Assembly: GCA_003599595.1 (NCBI GenBank) | Contig: QZIP01000011.1 | Span: forward strand, 2,638 to 66,637 | Direction: 5' to 3' | DNA length: 64,000 nt | DNA from: Candidatus Parcubacteria bacterium | GTDB taxonomy: Bacteria; Patescibacteriota; Microgenomatia; Levybacterales; GWA1-39-11 | Shown: piece after piece, positions 8,235 to 15,713 of the stretch | How the letters are laid out: each line of letters starts with the position of its first letter | How positions within the stretch are numbered: position 1 is the stretch's first letter | Position numbers and translations under genes: made by a program | The notes under the pieces: generated by a model | What the model saw: the letters and a program-made list of their open reading frames with translations, nothing else | Databases searched by the model: none | What the model was told of the DNA's origin: nothing

Positions 8235-10676
8235 ATGAAAAAATTAGAAGGCCTATCTCAAAAAGTTTTTATTGATAGATATTCCCTAAAAGATAAAAAA
8301 GGTAATCCTCTTGAAAAAACGCCAGTTGAAATGTGGCGCCGCGTAGCAAAAGCAGTTGCCCAAAATGAGAAAAAAGAAAATCAAAAGTTTTGGGAAAAAG
8401 AATTTTACTATGCCTTCAAAGACTTTAAATATATCCCTGGGGGAAGGATTTTAGCAGGTGCCGGAACAGGCTTTTCTGTTACTTACTACAATTGTTTTGT
8501 TATCCCCAGTCCCAAAGATTCCCGTGATGGTATTTTGGAAACCCTAAAGCAAATGGTTGAAATTATGGCAAGGGGTGGAGGAGTAGGGATTAATATGTCT
8601 TCTCTTAGGCCGCGTGGCTCAAGGGTTAAAAAAGTCAATGGTTTTTCCTCAGGTCCCTGTAATTGGGCAGAGCTTTTCTCAGTTGCTACAAAAGATATTA
8701 TCCAGCAGGGAGGAACCAGGCGCGGTGCTTTAATGTTAATGCTTTGGGACTGGCACCCAGACATTGAAGAATTTATTACCGTCAAACAGGATCTAACCCG
8801 TATCAATGGTGCCAATCTCTCAGTTTGTGTATCGGACAAATTTATGGAAGCTGTTGAAAAAGATGGAGATTGGGAACTTGCTTTTCCTGACACTTCTGAC
8901 CCTGAGTATGATGCAAAATGGGATGGAGACCTTGAAGTTTGGCGCAGTCTGGGTAAAAAGGTTGAGGTTGTAAAAACCGTAAAAGCCAGAAAGATATGGG
9001 ACCTAATAGCTGATGCCGCCTGGCGGTCAGCAGAACCAGGTGTTGTCTTTATGGAGCGTTATAACAAGATGAACAATAATTGGTACTGGAATAGGATAAA
9101 TTGTGTAAATCCTTGTGGAGAAGAGGGATTAGCTCCTTGGGGAGTTTGTAATCTTGGATCAATTAATCTCTCTGCTTTTGTAAAAGGCAAAGACATAGAC
9201 AAAAAGGCTACTTTTGATTTTGAACTCCTTAAAAGAGTGGTCAAGTCAGCTGTCCGTCTTCAGGACAATGTGGTAGATATGGATCCTTATGTTTTTCCCG
9301 GTATTAAAAAAACACAGCTTGAAGGAGAAAGAAGAATTGGCGTGGGGACAATGGGTCTTGGTGACACGCTCATTAGGCTTCATCTGCGCTACGGCTCTCC
9401 AGAATCTCTAGGCTTTATTGAAAAAGTATATAAGCTTATTAGGGATGAGGCTTATTTAGCTTCTATTGAGGCTGCCAAGGAAAAAGGTGTTTTCCCTAAA
9501 TTTGATAAGGAAAAATATCCTCAGGGTAAGTTTATCCAGACTTTACCCAAAAATATTGTTGCTAAAATTAAAGAATTTGGTATAAGAAATTCAATAATAT
9601 TAACTCAGGCTCCAACCGGTAGCACTTCTTTGATGGCAAACACCACGTCAGGTATAGAACCGGTTTTTGAGTTTGAATTTATCAGACGCGACAGACTTGG
9701 TGAACATGTTGTTAGACATTATCTGTATGAAGATTGGTATAAAAAACATGAGCAGGAAGTAAAAGACGGTAAGACTAAAAAGCCTGATTGGTTTGTTTCT
9801 GCCAATGAACTTTCTCCGGAGGATCATATTTTTGCTCAGGCAACCATTCAAAAATATGTTGATGCTTCTATTTCAAAAACAGTTAACGCTCCCAAGACTC
9901 ACACAGTAGAAGACGTGAAAAAAATATATAACCTTGCCTACAAACTCGGTCTTAAAGGTATAGCTTATATGAGAGAAGGATCCCGTGTGGGAGTTTTTGA
10001 GAGAAAGGAAGACAAAAAAGACGATAAAAAAGAAGAGCCAAAACAACTGCCCGTTATTAGTAAGAGACCTATGGTAATCCAGGGGCTCACTTATCAAACC
10101 CAAACTCCTTTAGGTGATGCGTTTATAACAATTAACAGTGATAAACAAGATAATCCTTTTGAATTATTTATCACAATCGGAAAATCAGGATCGGATGTGG
10201 CAGGTATGGCAGAAGCATTGGGTAGGGTGATCTCTTTAGTCCTGCGTTTACAAAGTCCGGTTGCTTCCCGTGAAAGAATAAGACAAATCATTGCTCAGCT
10301 TGCTGGTATTGGTGGTATGAGATCTGTAGGTTTTGGAGAAAATAGGGTAAAATCTCTTCCGGATGCAGTTGCTAAAGTGTTTGCAGAGCATTTTGGTTTC
10401 AAAATAAACGGTAAAATATTAGACGTTAAAAAAGATGGGGTTAAAAACGGGGAATATAAAAATGGTGAGGTAAAAGAAAAGCTTAATGGAGACCTTGTAC
10501 ACAATCAATCAAATGGAGACTTAAACAAGTCTATGGTACTGCAGCAGCTAACCTTATCAAGCGATCAATCTGTTCATGATGGTCTTTTTGATCTTTGCCC
10601 CAGTTGCGGCGGTGCCACCCTGGCCCATGAAGAAGGCTGCAAGAAGTGTTATTCCTGCGGCTACTCAGAGTGTTAA
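8235..10676 (+). CDS. nrdJ: Class II adenosylcobalamin-dependent ribonucleotide reductase
   Basis: 813 aa with typical class II RNR N-terminus (FIDRYSLKD...PVEMWRRVA...YIPGGRILAGAGT), catalytic-core motifs (NPCGEE, SCNLGSINL) and a C-terminal CxxC...CxxC zinc ribbon. Followed by a PduO-type adenosyltransferase. Confidence 0.9.
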   Translation: MKKLEGLSQKVFIDRYSLKDKKGNPLEKTPVEMWRRVAKAVAQNEKKENQKFWEKEFYYAFKDFKYIPGGRILAGAGTGFSVTYYNCFVIPSPKDSRDGILETLKQMVEIMARGGGVGINMSSLRPRGSRVKKVNGFSSGPCNWAELFSVATKDIIQQGGTRRGALMLMLWDWHPDIEEFITVKQDLTRINGANLSVCVSDKFMEAVEKDGDWELAFPDTSDPEYDAKWDGDLEVWRSLGKKVEVVKTVKARKIWDLIADAAWRSAEPGVVFMERYNKMNNNWYWNRINCVNPCGEEGLAPWGVCNLGSINLSAFVKGKDIDKKATFDFELLKRVVKSAVRLQDNVVDMDPYVFPGIKKTQLEGERRIGVGTMGLGDTLIRLHLRYGSPESLGFIEKVYKLIRDEAYLASIEAAKEKGVFPKFDKEKYPQGKFIQTLPKNIVAKIKEFGIRNSIILTQAPTGSTSLMANTTSGIEPVFEFEFIRRDRLGEHVVRHYLYEDWYKKHEQEVKDGKTKKPDWFVSANELSPEDHIFAQATIQKYVDASISKTVNAPKTHTVEDVKKIYNLAYKLGLKGIAYMREGSRVGVFERKEDKKDDKKEEPKQLPVISKRPMVIQGLTYQTQTPLGDAFITINSDKQDNPFELFITIGKSGSDVAGMAEALGRVISLVLRLQSPVASRERIRQIIAQLAGIGGMRSVGFGENRVKSLPDAVAKVFAEHFGFKINGKILDVKKDGVKNGEYKNGEVKEKLNGDLVHNQSNGDLNKSMVLQQLTLSSDQSVHDGLFDLCPSCGGATLAHEEGCKKCYSCGYSEC

Positions 10677-10693
10677 GCATAAAATCCGATAAA

Positions 10694-10870
10694 AAATTTC
10701 TAATTTCAAACAGCCATTTTAAAGTTCAAAGTGCACCCGCCGCGCGAAGCGGGAAGTTCAAAGTTGCAGTTTAAAGTTTATAGTTGTAAATAATTTTGAA
10801 CTATTAACTGCAATTTTGCATTTTTAATCCGATCGAATCGGATTTTAATTTTGAACTTTGAATTGAAACA
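10694..10870. repeat. Composite intergenic repeat: GC hairpin CCCGCTTCGCGCGGCGGGTGCACTTTGAAC, TTTGAACTTT units and palindrome AATCCGATCGAATCGGATT
   Basis: The reverse complement of 10730-10790 matches 53028-53080 (TCCCGCTTCGCG.GGCG.GTGCACTTTGA). The palindrome AATCCGAT-N3-AATCGGATT recurs at 51076-51096 and, in related form, at 52786-52810. Confidence 0.55.
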
Positions 10871-10872
10871 TT

Positions 10873-11430
10873 ATGCCAATTTACACCAAAAAAGGAGATC
10901 AAGGGCAAACATCACTTCTAAATAAACAAAAGGTCTGGAAAAATTCCCAAAGGACAACTGCTTATGGAACTATCGATGAATTAAATAGTCTACTCGGTGT
11001 CGTAGTTGCCGAAATTGAAAACTCAGAATTCATGATTCATGATTCAGAATTCAAAAATCGGATAATTAGTATCCAAAATGACCTATTTCACATTGGTTCG
11101 TCTCTTGCCAATCCAGACAGTGATAAGGTTGACATCAATCTTTTAGAAAAAGTAAAAGATTTTGAAAAAAATATTGATGAAATGACAGCTCAAATGCCGC
11201 CCCTAAGTGCGTTTATTCTTCCCGGAGGGGGAAGAGTAGGATCTCTTTTTCAGTTTGCCCGCGCCACGGCTCGTCGTGCCGAAAGAGAAGCAGTTGCACT
11301 TTTTCAAAAAGAAAAAATCCAAGAAAATATTCTTGTTTATCTAAACCGCCTTTCAGACTTGCTCTTTACTTTATCCCGCTTTGCAAATTATAAGGAAAAT
11401 AAAAAAGAAGTCATTTGGAAAAAATCCTAG
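10873..11430 (+). CDS. pduO: PduO-type ATP:cob(I)alamin adenosyltransferase
   Basis: MPIYTKKGDQGQTSLLNKQKVWKNSQRTTAYGTIDELNSLLG matches the PduO/MMAB-family N-terminus. Contains a short low-complexity insert (SEFMIHDSEF). Confidence 0.85.
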   Translation: MPIYTKKGDQGQTSLLNKQKVWKNSQRTTAYGTIDELNSLLGVVVAEIENSEFMIHDSEFKNRIISIQNDLFHIGSSLANPDSDKVDINLLEKVKDFEKNIDEMTAQMPPLSAFILPGGGRVGSLFQFARATARRAEREAVALFQKEKIQENILVYLNRLSDLLFTLSRFANYKENKKEVIWKKS

Positions 11431-11479
11431 ACACCTCAACAACTTAAATACTTAGTCGTTGCTAGTAAAGCGATAAAGT

Positions 11480-11529
11480 CACCTCGGATGGTGGCCAAGC
11501 AACGACTTGGACTCCTCCGGGGTGGAGGT
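11480..11529. repeat. GC-rich hairpin repeat, copy A (CACCTCGGATGGTGGCC...GGACTCCTCCGGGGTGGAGG)
   Basis: Shares its ends and core with copies at 13150-13198, 15162-15202, 36505-36650 and 62521-62577. Confidence 0.6.
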
Positions 11530-11604
11530 ATTGAGAATAAACGTTGAGGAAATAAATAACGTAAATTAAGTCTTGAATAAATACTAATATACTAGTATAT
11601 TAGT

Positions 11605-11745
11605 AGCACTGTTGGTTTAACCACTGCCCTGTTGAATAACGGGGTGGGAAGGTTGAAGATTTTGGGAATTAGGTGTAAATCCTAAACTGTGCCGCAGCGG
11701 TAATTTCGATCATCTCGAATAAGTCCGAAGACCGACCAACATTGA
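11605..11745 (+). promoter_or_regulatory. Candidate cobalamin (AdoCbl) riboswitch aptamer with non-canonical element order
   Basis: B12-box-like CCACTGCC...GGGTGGGAAGG (11621-11652). Then GGGAAttaGGTGtAAaTCC...CCGCAGCGGTAA (11664-11702), matching the GGGAA-N3-GGTG-N-AA-N-TCC / CCCGC core consensus with exact spacing. Then GAAGACCGACC (11726-11736). An intrinsic terminator follows. Context: directly downstream of nrdJ and pduO. Confidence 0.35.
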
Positions 11746-11783
11746 TCCCGAGCAGGAAACTGAAAATATATTTGAAGTTTAAC

Positions 11784-11807
11784 CTTCTCGAGAGAGAAGG
11801 TTTTTTT
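11784..11807 (+). terminator. Rho-independent terminator, possible riboswitch expression platform
   Basis: Perfect hairpin CCTTCTC-GAGA-GAGAAGG followed by TTTTTTT. Confidence 0.7.
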
Positions 11808-11955
11808 ATGGTCTAAAAAAAGCGGCGCCTAAATTTTGCTTGTCCCTCATAGCTTTAGCGAAGTGGGAAATTTTGAACTTTTTAAGGGTGTCTCCTTGAG
11901 GAGTATATTCAATTATGCTCAATGCGACGAAAGGTGACTCCCTTATAGAAATAAT

Positions 11956-13110
11956 ATGTCATTTAAAACAGAACAGTCTCATTATCAGACAATAGATGTT
12001 GCAAACAGAAATAGAGAAGTGGTTGGTTCAAGAGCCTGCAATCTAGAATATCTTTCCCATGTTACAGATGAGGAAATTAGAGACGATATTGTTTCTTATC
12101 TTGGGGAATATAGATTTAAACTCCAAAAATTTGATTACAAATTGGCTTTGGTAAAAGATAGTGATGGGAAAGTAGATCTTTGTGATCCACACCGTCTGGA
12201 GTCTATGTCTATTAAGTCAAAAAGAGCTATTGAGGAAAGAAAAGCAGCCGGTTTACCAACTCATAGGGAAGAAGCAGAAGAAACTGGAATAAGTCACTTA
12301 AAAGATCAGCTTAGATTTGCAAGAATAGGAGATAGGATATTTTGGGCAAGTCCTCCAGGGCCCAAAAGTGAAGGTTATGGAAACTATGGATTTTTATATT
12401 CAGGAAAAGTTTCGCAAATAAACTTTAACACTCAGGGAAAAGCTCAATATTTGGACATAGATATGACAGCAATAAGAGTAGAAAATCCTAGCATAGCAGA
12501 ATTTAACCAAGCAATGAGTGCTCTTACGGGAATAAAGTTTGATAACAGAGTTGCAGATGAATTTTTAGAACAGCCTGTGGTAACTAGAAGGTCAGTAAAA
12601 GATAGAGAAGTGGATAGTGTTATTTGTCAAAATTTTGACTTATCAGCTGATCAAAGAGAAAAATTTGATCAGGTTATTGCAGGTCTCGAGTCACAATTGT
12701 TAATAGATGACCTTATAAAAATTATCAGAACAGGATCAAGAGAAGAAAGAATTAAGGCCTTTTACACTCTTGAAAATTATGCCTTAAAGCTTAAGTCAGA
12801 AACAGCTCTCAATGAAAAAGTATTATACTTGAATGATTATAAAAAGAGAAAGTCTTTACAGGAGTTAGCAGTTTACTACAGCTATAGGCCTCCCATAGCT
12901 TTTGGCAGTTGCGGCTCAACAGACTCTAGCAATAGCTTAATTGGCTTAGGTTCTCCAAATGTCTTAAGTACTTTAGTCTTTGGCCCATCAAGCGAAAGAA
13001 AGATTCTTGCTTGTAAATGTCCTTCTTGTGAAAGACAAGTAAACGCTGTAATTGAGAACGGAAAAATAACCTGTCCCAAATGCAGCGCCTCAGCAGACTA
13101 CAATTGCTAA
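11956..13110 (+). CDS. Hypothetical protein with C-terminal double zinc ribbon (CKCPSC...CPKC)
   Basis: 384 aa ORF with no recognisable catalytic domain. Sits downstream of the riboswitch-like element and terminator. Confidence 0.55.
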   Translation: MSFKTEQSHYQTIDVANRNREVVGSRACNLEYLSHVTDEEIRDDIVSYLGEYRFKLQKFDYKLALVKDSDGKVDLCDPHRLESMSIKSKRAIEERKAAGLPTHREEAEETGISHLKDQLRFARIGDRIFWASPPGPKSEGYGNYGFLYSGKVSQINFNTQGKAQYLDIDMTAIRVENPSIAEFNQAMSALTGIKFDNRVADEFLEQPVVTRRSVKDREVDSVICQNFDLSADQREKFDQVIAGLESQLLIDDLIKIIRTGSREERIKAFYTLENYALKLKSETALNEKVLYLNDYKKRKSLQELAVYYSYRPPIAFGSCGSTDSSNSLIGLGSPNVLSTLVFGPSSERKILACKCPSCERQVNAVIENGKITCPKCSASADYNC

Positions 13111-13149
13111 AATATCATCAAAAAGATGACTCCCTGAGGAAGAAGCGGG

Positions 13150-13198
13150 TCCTCCTGGAAGGTGGCCCCGCCCCAGACGGGACTCCTTCAAGGTGGAC
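13150..13198. repeat. GC-rich hairpin repeat, copy B
   Basis: CTCCTGGAAGGTGGCCCCGCCCCAGACGGGACTCCTTCAAGGTGGACG, with a related fragment GACTCCCTGAGG just upstream. Confidence 0.55.
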
Positions 13199-13262
13199 GA
13201 GAACGGAAGACACCTCCATACACATCTTGTTTTTTGTTTCATTTCAAAGCTAAAATGAAACT

Positions 13263-13967
13263 ATGTTTAACTTTTTTTTAAATTTTCTTTTTCCCAAAAA
13301 ATGTGTTGGCTGTAAAAAGCTTGGTACATATCTTTGTTCCAATTGTTTTAGTTTTATTTCTTTAAATACCGCATTTGTCTGCCCGGTCTGTACCAGACCC
13401 TCAATTGACGGTTTTACCCATCCCGTTTGCAGAACCAAATACTCTCTTGACGGTCTTATCTCTTGTTATGAGTACAAAGGGGTAGTAAAGAGCCTAATTT
13501 ATAAATTCAAATACAAGCCTTACCTTTCTAGTCTTAAAAATATTACAGGTAAACTTTTTTATGAAGCACTTATTCAGAATGAATTTTTTTATAATATTTT
13601 AAAAGAAAAACCAATCCTAATTCCTATTCCTCTTCATAAAAGCAAAGAACGCTCCCGTGGATATAACCATGCCCAGATTTTGTTAGAACGTATATCAAAA
13701 GATATCAGATTGCCAATTTATCCAAAAATCTTGTTTAGAACAAAAAACACCAAGCCTCAGTTTGGTCTAAAAAAAGAGGAGAGGATAAAAAATATAAGGG
13801 GAGCATTTGCTCTTAATTCAAATAATAAAATAGATCTTCGCGGCAAAACAGTTTTCTTGATAGATGATATTGCTACCACCTGTACCACCTTATCAGAATG
13901 TGCCAATGTCTTAAAAAGAAATGGTGCCAAAAAAGTCCTGGGCCTCACCTTTGCAAGGGAAAGGTAA
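13263..13967 (+). CDS. comFC: ComF-family protein (double zinc ribbon plus phosphoribosyltransferase domain)
   Basis: N-terminal CxxC...CxxC...CPVC and a C-terminal PRTase motif VFLIDDIATTCTTL. Confidence 0.8.
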   Translation: MFNFFLNFLFPKKCVGCKKLGTYLCSNCFSFISLNTAFVCPVCTRPSIDGFTHPVCRTKYSLDGLISCYEYKGVVKSLIYKFKYKPYLSSLKNITGKLFYEALIQNEFFYNILKEKPILIPIPLHKSKERSRGYNHAQILLERISKDIRLPIYPKILFRTKNTKPQFGLKKEERIKNIRGAFALNSNNKIDLRGKTVFLIDDIATTCTTLSECANVLKRNGAKKVLGLTFARER

Positions 13968-14583
13968 ATGCAAATATATTTGAATAGAAATAGTACATAA
14001 AATGTAGCACTTCGCTAAAGCTTCGCGCTACACACTTCTTACCCATTTTAAAAGCGTGGTAACCTGTTAATTGTGGCCTTCCACGCGTAGCTCTTTACAA
14101 AGTAAAGAGCGAAGTGTGGAGATGGCCGAGAATGACCCGGCGTCCAAAAACAGTACCTATAAAATATCTACAAGCGTAGTCAATCTTTAATTGTCGTTTT
14201 AGGCTTAACTGATTGACAAGGGTGTCCTAAAACCAAGGTTAAAAGATAATATAAGGTAACCAGCCTCATATCCTTTTCTCAACTTTGTTTATGCCCGTAC
14301 TGTCCCGTTGAGAAGGGTCAATACAGACAGAGCTTAGTTTACGTAAGCAAGATTGCGTTCGTAAGCTAGGTCACTAGAACTTGGTCTAGCATTTATGTTT
14401 TGAGACTGTTTTATCCGCCTGTTAAGGCGAGATCTCGCTTTCGCGGACGGCTGTGTCTCAAAGCCGGCTTGCAATTTTAAAAGTGCTATCTCTGTCGATG
14501 CAATGCATCCCCAAGACCAATATTATACCAAATTTTACCCTCAAAAGCAAAAAATTCAAGCTATAATTAGCTCAAACCACTCA

Positions 14584-15084
14584 TCAACGTATTATTTCTT
14601 TCAATTCTCTTTCAATATCTCTTTGAATATCTTTTTCTTTCAAAAGCTTTTTCTTTTCAAACTGTTTTTTACCCTTGGAAAGTCCTATCTCAAGCTTAAT
14701 CACACTGTTTGAAACATACATAGAGAGTGGGGTAAGGGTAAAATTTCCCTGACTTATTTTGGATTTTAGAGCAATTATTTCTCTTTTATGTAGAAGCAGC
14801 TTTCTGGTTCTGCTTTCATCATAGCCCTCAATCCTTGAAAATTTATAGGGAAATATCTTAGCATTCACCAGATACGCTTCAGACTCCATTATTTTTACAT
14901 AAGAACCTGTAAGATCTGCATGTCCACCTCTGACAGCCTTAACTTCCGATCCCAAAAGCACAATCCCAGCTTCAATCTTCTCAAATATCTTAAATGAGGC
15001 TGGGGCAGTCTTGTTATGTATCTGAACATTTTTTCTTTGGCTATGCTCATTTTTGTTATTTTCAGTAAAATTATTCATAAGCAT
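14584..15084 (-). CDS. smpB: SsrA-binding protein SmpB
   Basis: ...FEKIEAGIVLLGSEVKAVRGG...YLVNAKIFPY...RTRKLLLHKREI...KGKKQFEKK. The likely start is the internal Met (MLMNNF); the longest ORF extends to 15135. Confidence 0.85.
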   Translation of the reverse strand: MLMNNFTENNKNEHSQRKNVQIHNKTAPASFKIFEKIEAGIVLLGSEVKAVRGGHADLTGSYVKIMESEAYLVNAKIFPYKFSRIEGYDESRTRKLLLHKREIIALKSKISQGNFTLTPLSMYVSNSVIKLEIGLSKGKKQFEKKKLLKEKDIQRDIERELKEIIR

Positions 15085-15161
15085 ATTGTAGTGGGTGCAG
15101 GGAAAGCTTTCAAGTAGGACCCAATCTGTACCCAACTAACTCGAGTTTGAAGCGGTTTAAA

Positions 15162-15202
15162 CACCTGGAAGGTGGCCGCATGGACTCCTTCCAGGTGGAG
15201 GA
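15162..15202. repeat. GC-rich hairpin repeat, copy C
   Basis: CACCTGGAAGG-TGGCCGCATGGACT-CCTTCCAGGTGGAGG. A perfect 11-bp stem is formed by CACCTGGAAGG and CCTTCCAGGTG. Confidence 0.6.
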
Positions 15203-15713
15203 AGTTGCAAAGCTGTGGAAGATGAGTATATTTATTGATTGTCATTGCGTAGCGCGGAAATCTTTTGTCAGCGGGATTGTTTTATTGCTAACGCTCTCAG
15301 CAACCAAGTTATGAAGTTAGAGTAGGGCAGTTAAAAAAACCAAGATGAAGCTAAATACGGTAATAAACTATAAGACTAAGAATAAAAATAGTCAAAAATG
15401 TGGATAACTTGTTGATAACACAATATTATAGGTCATAAAATAAGATGATATAAGATGATGTAGTTTGATGTGATAAATGTTGAAAAATGAAAAAAACACG
15501 AAATCTTTTCACGGAATCGATTCGCGTCGCGTCAAGCGCGACTGCCACGTTTGACCTGGGGCGTAAAATTTCCCATGTTTCAGCGATCCTAATAATATAA
15601 TGTTTTGGATTTTGGAAATTTGGATTTGTTTTGCCGGCCTGCAACGCTTTGCGGAGCAATGCGGGCAGGGATTTCGGATTTTGTTATTCGGATTTATTTA
15701 GCAACACTATTCT

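Noticed and set aside
11672-11700. GTGCCGCAGCGGTAAT resembling the 16S rRNA 530-loop (GTGCCAGCMGCCGCGGTAA)
   Set aside because: The similarity is partial and no other 16S context is present. The segment fits better as the CCCGC-ACNGT core of the cobalamin-riboswitch-like element.
13968-14583. tmRNA (ssrA) expected next to smpB
   Set aside because: No T-loop, acceptor stem, CCA tail or plausible tag reading frame was found on either strand by eye. Retained only as an unexplained structured spacer.
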